DNA of 64,000 nt. Source: Mobula hypostoma. Lineage: Eukaryota. A program made the translations under genes and the position numbers. Positions 36,579-49,505 of the stretch are shown here, piece after piece; position 1 is the stretch's first letter; every line of letters starts with the position of its first letter. The notes under the pieces were generated by a model. The model saw only the letters and a list, made by a program, of their open reading frames with translations, was not told where the DNA came from and did not search any database. The stretch is taken from NCBI RefSeq assembly GCF_963921235.1, contig NC_086097.1:5332001-5396000 (forward strand), read 5' to 3'.

Positions 36579-36897
36579 CTGTGGAGATATGTCTCTAACC
36601 ATGGAGGCGTAGGGTGCTTTTTCTCTCTGCTGACCTTCAGGTCACCCTTGGGCACCAGCTTTATTCCCCTGATCAGGGTCAAGTGAAGCCATGAGAACGG
36701 GTGGTGGATGGTCATATGAGCAGCTGGTGCATATCACAAGTTCTAGTTATGCGACCACTGATGACAGGCAGAAGGATCTGAAGTGTAGTGATAATGGCTG
36801 GGCTCACCTATCTTGTTTAGAAGGCAAAGGAAAAAATGCTTCTGTTAAAAAATTTTGCCAAGAATAATCTTGGTCCATGGAAAGACCATGATCCCCT
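36579..36897 (+). mobile_element. Third copy of the RTE-related non-autonomous retroposon
   Basis: Collinear with 19764-20120. Confidence 0.78.
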
Positions 36898-38675
36898 ATT
36901 CTAGGAAAAGGAATACTTTCATCACCTTTCCTCTTACACTCTGTGCTTTTACATTAGCCATCAATGTGTTAACAACTGGAATTGCAAAATGCCCATTGCC
37001 ATCGTCAGGGTCATCGTGGTGAGCTCTCAGTTAGCTGGTCATGCCAGCTCGGCAGACTTTTAAAAAAACTTTTATCTTTAGGTTTCATTGGGGTGAGGCA
37101 GCCTTTACAATCAAAGTTTCAAGAAAGTCATTGGGGATTATTAAACATTTATTTAATCCTTTCTGCCAGCCTGGCTCTTTAGCATAACTATACCATTAAT
37201 TGGAGCAATTATACCTTTGAATGTTGTATGGCATTAATTATTTAATACAATTGTATTCTCAGTGGTGGTATAATACATAAAATATTTAATAGAAGTGCAA
37301 ACCAGGAAATACTTACTAACTAGAATCATAATGTTTTCTCAACCATATCTTCTGTGGAAGATGTTACTACAGATGTTATCTCCCGGGAACTTTTCTGAGC
37401 AGAGTTTGAAAGTCTAACCCTAAAATTCTACGATGCAGTTGTATTAATTTTGTAGCCAATGGAGAAAGAAAAGCCGACAATTGGAATGCAGGAACATTCG
37501 CATTAGAATTCTGTGGACCGGCTCATTTGCCCGTCACAGAAATTGTTGAATCTGTCTAAATCAGCAAATAGTTTGCTTGGAAGTGACCTTTGGGTACAAT
37601 TTTCAAACAACCTGCAGAAGTGTTTAGTTAAACGTCAGCAGATTTGGTGGAATTTGGAGAAAGGTATCTGTACTCGGCATAACGACAATAAAGTTGAATC
37701 TAATCTAATCTAATCTAAAGGTGAAGAAATAGCTCTACTAATCTAAGCATTTGTAGGCAGTGTGCTGTGCTGTGAACAAATAAGTTCCGAGACTTGACTA
37801 ATACGCAGGGCAAATAGAATCTTGCTCCTCTGTTACTTCACTGGTGGATTGCCCCCTGTGGAATTTGAGACATCGAGCACTGACTCCAGCCAGCATAGCT
37901 ATCCGGGTCAATAAGGCAGGCAAGCCTTCAAACCTTACAACAAGATTGTGGTCCTCTTGGAGGAGTAGGTTAATTGTCCTGTCATTAGGGGAGGGTTAAA
38001 TCGAAGGGTTACTGCGAGGCCTGGCTCAATGGGCTGGATGGGGCCTGTCCCATGCTGTATCTCTAAATAATATAAATATAAATTAGAAACATCAGTGTTG
38101 TGGCTTCAATACTGAATGCCTCCCTCTCGTGAAAGCACTCCTTAAAACAAGATTAGTTCACATCCCTTGATATGTTTCTATCCATTCTCAATATTGAAGG
38201 TTAATTAAAAACCACCTCTGTGAAGCCTTGTTAATACCTGGATGAATATTCCTTGGTCATCCTTTCTGCTTGCTGTCTGCTGTCTTTGAACACTTAAGCC
38301 TGATCAGCATCATCGAGTCATTAGTCCACGTTTGATCTCTTCTACTCCTAACAACCTTGACAGTGTCCTGTGCTGCTTATTGACGCATCACCACAGTTCT
38401 GAATTCCTTTTCAAAGCTGAACAGCGAGTGCAAAGAATCGATTTTGTTAATAAACAGGGCATAATAGCTGAAGCGGCTTTTGAAATCCACTTGTAATTCC
38501 TTGCCTGATGTAGCTCTTGGTTCATTTCCTACAGGGACTGATGTCTTCACAAAGACATAAAGGCACAACATTAATGCATCAGAATGAGTTGTGGCTTCTT
38601 TGCAAGGCAGAACCCTGATCCCATTAGTGTGTTGAGTCTTTACGTTCTACTGCCGGCTGCTGTGCTCAACAACCG

Positions 38676-39112
38676 AAAGACCATAAGCCACAGGAGCATC
38701 AGGCTATTCGGCCCATCGATTCTGCTCCACCATTCCATCATGTTTGATTTATTATCCCTGTCAAACCCATTTTCCTACCTTCTCCCCATAACCTTTGATG
38801 GTCTGACCACTCAAGAATACATCAACCTCTGTTTTAAATTTACCCACTGACTTATCCTCCTGTGACATTCAATTCTACAGATCCACCATCATCTGCCTGA
38901 CGAAATTCCTCCTCATCTCTGTTCTAAATGAACATCTCTCTGTTCTGAGGCTGTGACCGCTGGTCCTAGATTCCCCTACTATGTAAGACATCCTCTTCAT
39001 ATCCACTCTATCTAGGCCTTCCGATGTTTGATAGGTTTCATTGAGATCTTCCCCCCACCCCCCATTCTTCTAATCTCCAGCAAGTACAGGTCCAGAGCTG
39101 AAGTACTCCTCA
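38676..39112 (-). mobile_element. CR1 3' end, appearing to resume near 39844-39890
   Basis: GACCATAAG..AGGAGCA..GGCTATTCGGCCCATCG tail; AAATTCCTCCTCATCTCTGTTCTAAA. Confidence 0.82.
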
Positions 39113-39843
39113 TACAGGAGCTGGTGGTAGATCTGAGGAGAGCTAAGATACCGGTGACCCCTGTTTCCATTCAGGGGGTCAGTGTGGACATGATGGAGGA
39201 TTACAAATACCTGGGGATACAAATTGACAATAAAATGGACTGGTCAAAGAACACTGAGGCTGCCTACAAGAAGGGTCAGAGCCGTCTCTATTTCCTGAGG
39301 AGATTGAGGTCCTTTAACATCTGCTGGACGATGCTGAGGATGTTCTACGAGTCTGTGGTGGCCAGTGCTATCATGTTTGCTGTTGTGTGCTGGGGCAGCA
39401 GGCTGAGGGTGGCAGACACCAACAGAATCAACAAACTCATTCGTAAGGCCAGTGATGTTGTGGGGATGGAACTGGACTCTCTGACGGTGGTGTCTGAAAA
39501 GAGGATGCTGTCTAAGTTGCATGCCATCTTGGTCAATGTCTCCCATCCACTATATAGTGTACTGGTTGGGCACAGGAGTACATTCAGCCAGAGACTCATT
39601 CCTCCGAGATGCAGCACAGAGTGTCATAGGAAGTCATTCCTGCCTGTGGCCATCAAATTTTACAACTCCTCCCTTGGAGGGTCAGACACCCTGAGCCGAT
39701 AGGCTGGTCCTGGACTTATTTCATAATTTACTGGCATATTTTACATATTGCTATTTATTTATGGTTCTATTAATATTTATTATTTATGGTGCAACTGTAA
39801 CAAAAACCAATTTCCCCCGGGATCAATAAAGTATGACTATGTA
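39113..39843 (+). mobile_element. Young Rex1/Babar 3' fragment with (TATGAC)n tail
   Basis: Open frame ELVVDLRR..YKYLGIQID..RLYFLRRLRSF..FYESVVAS..SHPL..KSFLPVAIK to the stop at 39702. Confidence 0.9.
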
Positions 39844-39939
39844 TTCCCAGGGCCATTCTTATGAATTTCCCCTGAACCCTCTCCAACGTGTTCTTTTGAT
39901 TGACTCTAAATGAACAAAATCAGTGCAGTCATCTAGTAC

Positions 39940-40475
39940 AGATAATGGTCAACTGCCATACACTGCTTCTGATGATTGCATCTTCCAAATCTTAAATTTC
40001 ATTTTCACATTCAAGATGATTGTCAATACCTTCAAATTCTGCATAGTTCCTAACTTGTTGAAGTAGTGAAATTGTTTCATTTCACTCTTGGCCAATTCTG
40101 GCGTCTCCAAGCCTGAATGCGTGAAGCCACAGTGAGCAAAACAGTTCAGAATTGTCTTACTGCTTATTTCTCTCTAATGGTCACTGACAAACTGTACAGC
40201 CTGTGAAAGGTTAATCCTTGCACTGACTTCCTTGGTGTTGAAGAAGATGTCAGTAGATTTTCTTCAATTTTTTGAGAATGTCGTTCACCAACTTTATGCA
40301 GTAAAACATCTTTAAGTTGTCTGTGATTCTCATATCCATTGACTGCACCAAGGATGTTGGATTGGCAGGAAGACCCTCGAGTTGGATGTTTCTCAAATAT
40401 TCTACAGTAGGGTGTGCTGTACAACTGTCAATGAGCAGATGCCCCAAGCCGAACACTCTTCCTTTTGTAGCCAGG
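39940..40475 (-). mobile_element. Tigger/pogo DDE transposase remnant
   Basis: LLIDSCTAHP...LPANPTSLVQSMDM..NLKMFY resembles the pogo motif LLLDN..AH..LPPNTTS.LQP.D. Confidence 0.8.
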
Positions 40476-41290
40476 GCTGGGACTGTCCATGGGGTGCTGT
40501 TTTGCAGCAACAGTTCATCACAGTACGTAACAAAAATTATGAATTACAGTAATCAATATATAAATACAATTATGTAAGTAAATTTTTAAAAAGGGTAAAA
40601 AGGGAAAAAAAGATAGGTAGTACTCTTTGTCTATTCAGAAATCTGATGACAAAGGGGAAGAGGCTGTTTCTAAAACAATGTGCATCTTCAGACTCCTGCC
40701 TCTCCTCCTTGTTGAGAAGAATGCACATCCTGGGCGGTGAGGGTCCTTGATAAAGGAAACCACCTTTCTGAGCCCTATGTTTTTGATTCTTCTATTCACA
40801 GTGTTCCATGTTTGATTATCCTTGCGTTTCAAATCTTTCCAGACCACATCTTTTTTCTGAGTAGCCCTCCAGCCCTACATCTCTTTGATCTCTTTGCTCT
40901 TTTAGTTCCAACGTCTTTCTTTTTTTTTTGATTATAATTGCTCCTCTAGTGATGTCTGTACATTCATCTGTCTAAATCATTAAACACACCGACTCCTTTA
41001 ACAACCTCCTTCTTTCCAGGAAATGTCTTATTTAACCTGAGTTCCTCTAACATTTTGTATGTGTTGCTCTGGACTTCTAACATCAACAGAATCTCGTACG
41101 TTCAGGCTGAATGCCACAGTATAATCTGAGTTTGCAATGGATAATGGTAAGTGGAACTGAACAAAGGATATGAAGACAACTGGTAGATCTTTGATCAAGG
41201 ATCAGCTTTATACATTTCCATGTATTAGGAATTTACTGAGGTATGTTGGCGTGACATGCAACAAAAACATTGAAAAACTATAAAGAATTA

Positions 41291-41620
41291 CGAGGGATGA
41301 TTGATAAGCTTGTGGCCTAAGGTAGAAGGAGATGATTTATACAGCTGTCGTTACATGCACATGCAGATCAACTCTTTGAGTGAAAATGCAGAAAGTTTGA
41401 AGCTAATAACTCATCTCCTTCTACCTTAGGCCACCAACTTATCAATCATCCCTGCTGTGGACCACTACTGGAGGTCCAAGACGCTGACTTCTACAAAGAA
41501 GGGATCCGTATGCTCCACGACAGCTGGACTAAGTGTGTAAATGTAGGAAAAATGAATGTGCTAGGTTTTCTAAAATTGACTCCTTTTACCTTAGGCCACA
41601 AACTTATCAATCACCCCTCG
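41291..41620 (+). mobile_element. mariner-derived MITE
   Basis: TA-CGAGGGATGATTGATAAG / CTTATCAATCACCCCTCG-TA; C-terminal remnant FYKEGIRMLHDSWTKCVNVG at 41468-41548. Confidence 0.88.
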
Positions 41621-42375
41621 TATGAAATATTCTTTAACCTAATGACAGCTACCAGTGAGGCTATTAATCTTGGATGATGAAGAATAACAAACACATAAGG
41701 GGTGTTGACCAATCATTAACTAGTCAAGGTTAGGCAATTCACTACGCAACTCTTAATTAATCAAAGCTTGCACTTTTTGTCTCAGCTCAAACATCAATGT
41801 AACTATGTTAACCCTGGTCCAACAACTTAAAGCATTAAACCTACTGTTCCCTTTGTATCCAGACTCACTCAGATCACTTCTCCAATTTGTATCACTGTAA
41901 CAGGGGATCTCCCGGTGGCCAAATGATTGATCCTCCTTCTCCCATCATCTAGCGTAGGGTTCTTCCATGTGATAATTAGTCTCTGGATTTCTCATCCCTT
42001 TGCATTCAAAGCCCTTCAATCTTATAGTCTTCCCTTATCAGTTTAAACGTTACATTTCAATCTCGTTGACTCGAGGTCATCTGACTGGCCTGTATCAGAT
42101 TCCCACTGGATGTAGTCCAAGAACTACACAACTTTGTGCCTTAGTCGACTTCTTTTGTTCTATTCAAACAAGGTCATCCGGACACTGGGCTGAAATAATG
42201 AGATTTCTTCTGCAAACCTGCCATTACACACAATAAACAATTCTTCTGAGAATGTTCTCAAATTTAGCAGATTATCAGCAGATACTTCATGTGTCCATGT
42301 TCAATTGAGTTATCCCAGAGCAAAAATCAGTTAATCAAACAGTTCACAAAATGGAGGTTACAGAACACCTTCACA
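41621..42375. repeat. Possible solo LTR
   Basis: Imperfect inverted ends TATGAAATATTCT / AGAACACCTTCACA; non-coding; no clear TSD. Confidence 0.3.
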
Positions 42376-42885
42376 AAATGGCAGCCTCCATTCCTTCAAG
42401 GACAAAGCAAGAACAAAGACATCTGGTTTGTCTACTTCCAATGAACTTCACCCATTCGAGTTTGATATTTTCTTCCATATTTCAATGCCTTTATCGGCAA
42501 CAAGATTCAAGCTTCTACTTCCCAAGCTCTGGAATCACTTCCTAACATGTCCCCTATTCCTTTCTTCAAGATGTTGTTTAAAGCTTCTGTCCACTGGAAG
42601 ACTTTGGTCACCAGTGTTACTATTTTCTTCATGCTTTGCGTGTTGTGTACTGTTCTGCTTGCATCATACAGGAAGGATGTGGTGGTTTTGCAAAGGGTGC
42701 CTATTAGGATGGTCAAGATGTCCTCTGCATTGGAGCTATAAGGAGAGATTGGACAAATCTGGATTGTTCTTTGTGGAGAGACAAAGGCTGAGAGGTGACC
42801 TCACCAAACTATATAAGATTATGAGAAGCATAGATAGAGTAGATAGTCAGAAACTTTTCCCAGGATAAAAATATCAAATACTTCC

Positions 42886-43328
42886 TGACACATAACTGGA
42901 TGTGCAGTTGTGGCCCAAGTGTAGAGAGCAAACACTGAAGCAGATCATTGAGTTAAATGGGAACTGTGCAGAAAATAAGGATAAAACAACGATAAGCACT
43001 TGACCAACAGGGCCATTAGCTAGAACTCTGAAACTAAAGCTAATGACGATAAAGTGGCTCATCCATAGTAGCTTAATACTAAATAAATATCGCTTCTTAA
43101 CAGTGTCGGGTGATACGGTAGTCTTCTCTCCCAGAATCAGGACAACGGTAAGTAGGGAGCATTGATGTTGATCTGTCTTTGGTCAAGTCTTGACAAGACG
43201 GGAACGAGAGTAAGAGAGTTATATACCACCACAATAAAACACTAATTGGCTGGAGAGTGCATACACGTGAGAGTGTTTGGCAGAACTAGTCTGCAGCCTG
43301 CCTGTGAGGGCGCGCAGTCCCGGTGGCA
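42886..43328 (-). repeat. Probable solo LTR inserted in a CR1 3' fragment (about 42630-43510)
   Basis: TG...CA ends (TGCCAC..GTGTCA on -); CCAAT then GTATATAA on -; CR1 sequence on both sides. Confidence 0.55.
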
Positions 43329-43764
43329 GAGTCTGAGGTTGTAGCTTTAGGGTGAGAAGGGTTAAAGTTAGTGTGAAAGTTTAAAGGAGATATGCAACGC
43401 AAGTTATTTCACACGGTGAGCATGAGGTGCCACGGTAGTTAGTGGAATTAGATATGATTGCACTTCTTAAAAGGCATTTTGACAGAACTATGAACAGATG
43501 GAGAATAGAGGGATATTCCTCTTCGTTGATGCTGTCTGACCTGCCAAGTTCCTTGACCATTTTGTGGGAGTAACTTATCACATATTGTCTCTGGTCATTC
43601 TCCACTGTAAATGGTGGAGAAATATGACAGACACAATTCAAACTCTACTCCATTATCCAGCTTCAGAGTGTAACGAATTGGTTAAGATTTTTAATGCTCC
43701 CAAAATAGAAGCTAATGAGAACCCCTGCACAGACTCACACTCCAGGTTCAGCCATCGTGGACAA

Positions 43765-44730
43765 TAAATTTCATCCCAATCTTGTGTCCAAAACATTAAA
43801 TATTGAATATTAATTGCCCAATAATAAAATCTAAAATTCGGCAATGCTAAACCACTGTCCTTTTTTGATTTCTGTAGCTATTTCTTACTCAATCTAGGAT
43901 TTTTATTCTGCCATATATATGAAGAAATTTTAGAATCAATAATATCAAAAAAGGATTTAGAAATAAAAATCAGTACCATTTGAAATAAATACAGAAACAG
44001 TTATTTTAATAACATTAGTTTGACCAATCCGTGATAAGAACAGTGGGGACCATTTAGTAAACAATTGTTTAACATTGTCAATTAAGGCTAGAAAGTTAAC
44101 TTTAAATAGATCTTTATATTTTTTTTAGTAATTTTGACACCCAAATAAGTGAAATAATCAGTAATTAATTCAAATGGTAATTGTCCATAAATTGGAACTT
44201 GCATATTTAATGGAAAAAGCTCACTCTTATTAAGATTTAGATAAAAGGCATCCGTTAGTCTTGCGAGACCATGGATCTACGCCTGGAAAGTCTTCACTCT
44301 CCAGGGCGCAGGTCTGGGCAAGGTTGTATGGAAGACCAGCAGTTGCCCATGCTGCAAGTCTCCCCTCTCCACGACACCAATGTTGTCCAAGGGAAGGGCA
44401 TTAGGACCCATACAGCTTGGCACCAGTGTCGTCGCAGAGCAATGTGTGGTTAAGTGCCTTGCTCAAGGACACAACACGTTCCCTCGGCTGGGGCTCGAAC
44501 TCACGACCTTCAGGTCACTAGTCCAATGCCTTAACCACTTGGCCACATGCCCACACTAAGATTTAGATTATAACCAGAAAAACTACTAAACTGAGCTAGT
44601 AGTGATTAAACTGCCAGGATGGATTTCTCTGGGTTAGAGATATATAGTAACAAGTCATCTGCATATGATGATACCTTATGCATCTCCTTCCTACGAGTAA
44701 TTGCAAATATATTGGGTGAATTTAGGAATA
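43765..44730 (-). mobile_element. L1-clade LINE ORF2 fragment (AT-rich)
   Basis: Minus strand reads HKVSSYADDLLLYISNP and later LALPNFRFYYWAINI. Confidence 0.85.
44243..44556 (-). mobile_element. Full-length tRNA-derived SINE with CORE-like domain
   Basis: A box TGGCCAAGTGG, B box GTTCGAGCC, GTGTTGTGTCCTTGAGCAAGGCACTTAAC; perfect 12-bp TSD TAAGATTTAGAT at 44231-44242 and 44557-44568. Confidence 0.9.
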
Positions 44731-44731
44731 T

Positions 44732-45378
44732 TGTGTCAGCCAATCAGGATGGTGGAAGTGGGAGAAGGTTCTACAGAACGCTGGACGGAGAGGTGTTTGG
44801 TGATGGACACTGGTGTGGGTCAAGGTTTTTTTGGCAGGAGCCAGGAGAAGACAGGAGGGAAGATGGCTGGAATACTTTGTGCATATGAATGGCTTCAAGG
44901 AGGAAGGACCAATACTCCTGTGGGGGAGCCTGTTTGTTCAAGATGGATTTTGAATGACATTTGGAAGGTTGTGTCTGCTTTCACACAGACTATGAGTCCA
45001 GCATATACAGTACCTTAGAGACAACTTTTAGATGAGGTCCAACTTTTATGCACATTTGGACTGGGTTAACTGTAATGGGCCCTTTTTATCTTTCCCTACT
45101 AACTGTTCAATAAAGCAGAAATTTGTAAACATACATCCTTTATAATTGTATGCAGTGTAAGATCTGTAATTTCTTCCCGATGGGTAACTGCAGGTGGGCA
45201 GTATTTACACAGTATTCAATCCGAGCGGGGGCGCGGGTGATCTAATCACCCTGGCTCGCCTGGTCTGGTGGGACCCAAGTCATTACAACCTAGATGTTCG
45301 GAGTTCGAAAAGGTGGTTTTCTCACTGCTGAGTCTATTACCTTGTTTCTAGAGACACCTGGGGAAAAAAAAGGGTTTC
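44732..45378 (+). repeat. Possible LTR-like sequence
   Basis: CCAATCAG near the start, AATAAA near 45109, ends GGGTTTCA; no TSD seen. Confidence 0.35.
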
Positions 45379-45469
45379 AAAAGTATGTACAGATTAAAAA
45401 ATATCAGGGCCGACTCTTACTTTGGAACTTCTGCATGTGTGTAGAAATCATTAATTTCTGAACATAAGA

Positions 45470-45698
45470 GGTTCTGCTGATGCTGGAAATCCACAGCAAT
45501 GCACTCAAAATGCTAAAGGAATGCGGTAGGTCAGGCAGCGTCTATGGAAATGAATAAAGAGTCGATGTTTGGGCTGAGACTCTCTTTCAGGATATTTCAG
45601 GCTGAGGCCTGAAGAAGGGTCTCCACCCAAAATGTCGACTTCATTCATTTCCGTAGATGCTGACTGACTTGCTAAGTTCCTTCAGTACTTTGTGTGCA
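45470..45698. mobile_element. Older palindromic Penelope-terminus element
   Basis: Two inverted degenerate copies of the GAAGGGTCTC..AAATGTCGAC..TAGATGCTG unit; another copy at 45892-46025. Confidence 0.75.
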
Positions 45699-46051
45699 AG
45701 TTACTAATATCTGGCATTTACATGTCATAGTGATGGCAATGTAAGAAGCCAATTTCCCTGAAAACACTAGGCATGGTATTTTGGATAAATATAAAATACC
45801 CTTTTTAGAACTTTATTCAGATTTTGCTAAGTACTGTCATCGGAATCAGAATCAGGTTTAATGTCACTGGCCTACAGTATGTCACAAAATACCCGATGAA
45901 AGGCCTCAGCCCGAAACGTCGAACTGTTTACTCTTTTCCATAGATGTTGCCTGGCCTGCTGACTTCCTCCAGCATTTTGGGGGCTGCTTTGATTTCTAGC
46001 ATCTGCAAGTTTTCTCTTGTTTGTTGATGATATTAAACCTGATACTGATTC

Positions 46052-46656
46052 TAATATTGAGTACAGGAGATGGAATGTAATGTTGAAGTTGTGTAAGATG
46101 TTGGTGAGGCATAATTTGGAATATTGTCTGTCATTTTGGTCATCTACCTACAGGCAAGATGTAAATCATTTTGAAAGAGTACCTAAAAATTTACAAGGAT
46201 GTTGCCAGGTCTGGAGGACCTGAGTTACAAGGAATGATTGAATAGTTAGAACTTTATTCCTTAGAACATAGAAGACTGAGAGGAGATTTTATAGAGGTAT
46301 TCAAAATTATGAGGGTTATAGATAGGGTAAATGCAAGCAGGCTTATTCCAACGAGGTTGGGTGGGACTACAACCAGAGATCATGGGTTAAGGGTGAAAGT
46401 GAAAAATTTAAGGAGAACACGAGAGGAAACATCACTCAGAGGGTCGTGAGAGTGTGGAATGAGCTGCCAGCACAAGTGGTGCATGCGAGCTCGATTTCAA
46501 CGTTTAAGCGAAGTTTGCATAGGTACATGGGAGGGCGAGGGGTATGGAGGGCTATGGCTCCTGTGCAGCTCGATAAGAGTAAGCAGGCTAAAGGGTTCAC
46601 CTTGGACGAGATGGGTTGAGGGGCCTGTTTCTGTCCTTTACTCCTCTATGACTCTA
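46052..46656 (+). mobile_element. CR1 3' end
   Basis: VMLKLCKMLVRHNLEYC..FWS; GTGTGGAATGAGCTGCC; GGGCCTGTTTCTGT tail. Confidence 0.85.
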
Positions 46657-46659
46657 GTG

Positions 46660-47600
46660 CAAAAATAGAAAAAGAAGTGGTGAGGTAGTGTAGATGGGTT
46701 CAATGTCCATTCAGAAATCTGATGGCAGAGGGGAAGAAGCTGTTCCTGAATCAATGAGTGTGTGCCATCAGGCTCCTGTATCTCCTCCCTGATGGCAGCA
46801 GTGAGAAGAGCGCATGTCCTGGGTGATGAGGATTCTTAATAATGGATACCATTTTTTTGAGGTATTGCTCCTCAAAGGTGTCCTCAATGATGGGGAGGCT
46901 AGTGCCCATGATGTTGCTGACTAACTTCACAACTTTTTCCAGCTTATTTTGATTCTGTGCATGCGTCCCCACCCGCTACGCATTACCACATGGTGATGTA
47001 GCCAGCTAGAATACTCTCCACGATGAATATGTAGAAATTTGTGAGTGTCTTTGGTGCCATATCAGATCTCCTCAAACTCCTAATGAAACATAGGCGCTGT
47101 CATGTCTTCTTTGAAACCAGACCCAGGATAGATCCTCAGAGATGTCGCTGGCCAGGAGTTAGAAATTGCTCGCCCTTTCCACTTCAGAGCAATAAGGACT
47201 GGTGTGTGTTCCATCATTTTACCTTTTCTGAAATTCACAATAAATCCTTAGGTCATACTGACATTGAGCGCAAGGTTGTTACTGCAAAAACACTCAACTA
47301 GCTGACCTACCTCCCTCCTGTACACCTTTTCGTCACCACTGGAAATTCTGCCAACAATGTTTGTGTCAATGGCAAATTTATAGATAGCATTTGAGCTATG
47401 CCTAGCCACATGAGTAGGAGCAAGTTGAGCAGGGGGCTTAGCACACAACCCTGAGGTGCACCAGTATTGATTGCCAGTGAGGTGGAGATGTTATTTCCAA
47501 TTTACACGGACGGTGGTCCCTGGTGAGGAAGTCGAGGAACCAATGAAGCGGGAGTTACAAAGGCCCAGGTTTTGATCAGAACTGTTGGAATGATTGTGTT
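46660..47600 (-). mobile_element. Rex1/Babar RT to 3' fragment
   Basis: SSNAIYKFAIDTNIVGRIS; HHPGHALFSLLPSGRRYRS. Confidence 0.85.
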
Positions 47601-48085
47601 CCCTTCAGCAAATGGTTGGAATTAGAGTTTCCTGATGATGTCACCACATGGCCCTCCAACCATTTTGTCAATGCCACAATTTGTGGCTATCTACACTACG
47701 CTAATCTTATTTGCTCCTAGTATGAATTTAATGCCTTATGCATTGCCTATTTAAATGTTCGTCAAAATGTTTCTGAAAGAACCAGGTACCAACCACCCTC
47801 TACGTAAAGAATGTTATCTTCAAATCCCCTCTTGGACACCTTCCTCTCACCTTAAACCTTTGCCCCCTTATTGTTCATGCCCCTGCTGTGGGGAAATGTT
47901 TCTGTATATTTACCTTCTCTCCAAAATTTGATATACCTCTGTCGGATCACCTCTCGTCTTCTTTCCACTCCAGGAAAATAAACCAAATTTATCTAATCTT
48001 CGCCTATCTGCTCCATCTATACTTCTCATAAGTTTATAAACCTCTATCTTTTTCTTTGAAATCAGCGTTATCTTTTGGATCTCTT

Positions 48086-48308
48086 CCACCGAGATGCAAC
48101 ACAGAGCGTCATAGGAAGTCATTCCTGCCTGTGACCATCAAACTTTACAACTCCTCCCTTGGAGGGTCAGACACACTGAGCCAATAGGCTGGTCCTGGAC
48201 TTATTTCCTGGCATAATTTACATATTACTATTTAACTATTTATGGTACAACTGTAACGAAAGCCAATTTCCCCCGGGATCAATAGAGTATGACTATGACT
48301 ATGACTAA
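48086..48308 (+). mobile_element. Short 3' copy of the young (TATGAC)n Rex1 family
   Basis: Close match to 39603-39843. Confidence 0.88.
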
Positions 48309-48374
48309 ATGTTTAAGAATGAGATGTGCTTCTCTAAATATCTACAGGATGATGACAAATACATTTCAGTACTT

Positions 48375-48945
48375 AGAGCCACACACACAAAATGCTAGAG
48401 GAACTCAACAGGCCGGGCAGCATCCATGGACCTGAATAAATGGTCAATGTTTCTGGCCGAGACCCTTCTTCAGGACTGGAATGGACGGGAGAAGAAGTCC
48501 AAATAAAAATGTAGGGGAGAGGAGGAAGAAGTGCAAGCTGGCCGGTGATATGTAAAACTGGGAGGGAGAAGAGGGTGAAGTAAAGAGCTGGTAAGTTGAT
48601 TGGTGAAAGAGATAAAAGGCTGGAGAAGGGGAAATCTGGTGGGAGAGGAAGAATGGGAAGAGGGAGGAGCACCAGGGGGAGGTGGTGGGCAGGTAAGGAG
48701 ATAAGGTGAGAAAGTAAAATGGGAATGGAGAATGCTGAGGGAAAGGAGGAAATTACCAGAAGTTCACGAAATTGTTCAAACCATAAGTTAGGATACTACT
48801 AAAATCAAATATAAGGCATTGCTCCTCTAACCTGAGTGTGGCTTCATGGTGTCAGCAGAGGAAGCCATGGACTGGTAGGTTGGAATGAGAATGGGTGGCT
48901 ACTGGGAGATCCTGCTTTTTGTGGCGGATGGAGTGAAGGTGCTTC
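48375..48945 (-). mobile_element. Penelope-like 3' fragment with hammerhead motif
   Basis: Reverse complement of about 48443-48479 is CCAGTCCTGAAGAAGGGTCTCGGCCAGAAACATTGAC; GTGGCTACTGGGAGATCCTGC (QDLPVAT on -). Confidence 0.78.
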
Positions 48946-49249
48946 ACGTATTTAAACATCACTGATGTTTATAAAATAATCAACATTTATGCCGCACTTT
49001 GTCAGTTTTCTCTGGCTTCAAGCAGCATCACCAATACTCCCCTTTCCTCTAATGTAGTCAAAAAGTCCAATCTGTTTTCTGATAGAAGGTCTTGAGGGTT
49101 TGGATCAACTGTCTTTTTATAGATTTTTTTTTACACGTTGCTGAATTAAACTGTAGTAAACAATTTGAAAGCTACTAAATCTTCCCAATTACAGTCATGT
49201 AAAATTTAAAACTAACTAAAAACACATTTATAATTTTATTTTACCTAAT

Positions 49250-49505
49250 TAAAGATACAGCTTGGAACAGACCTTTCCAGCCCAATGAGCCACGTTACCC
49301 AGCAACCCTCCGATTTAACCCTAGACTAATCATGGGACAATTTTCAATGACCAATTAAGATACTAACCAGTGCGTCTTTGAACTGTAGAAGGAAACTAGA
49401 GCACCTGGAGGAAACCCATGCAGTCACAGAGGCAGTGTGAAAACTTGTTTACAGAGGACACCAGAATTGAAGGCTGAACTCTGACGCCCCAAGCTGTAGT
49501 ATTGT
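49250..49505 (-). mobile_element. V-SINE, head cut by a CR1 insertion
   Basis: GGAAACTAGAGCACCTGGAGGAAACCCATGCAGTCAC core. Confidence 0.78.

Noticed and set aside
39028..39702. 224-aa ORF as a host gene
   Set aside because: It is a chimera of antisense CR1 sequence and a Rex1 C-terminal fragment, and near-identical copies occur elsewhere in the window.
44480..44556. tRNA gene
   Set aside because: The A/B boxes continue into a SINE body bounded by a TSD, with no convincing acceptor stem or T-run terminator.
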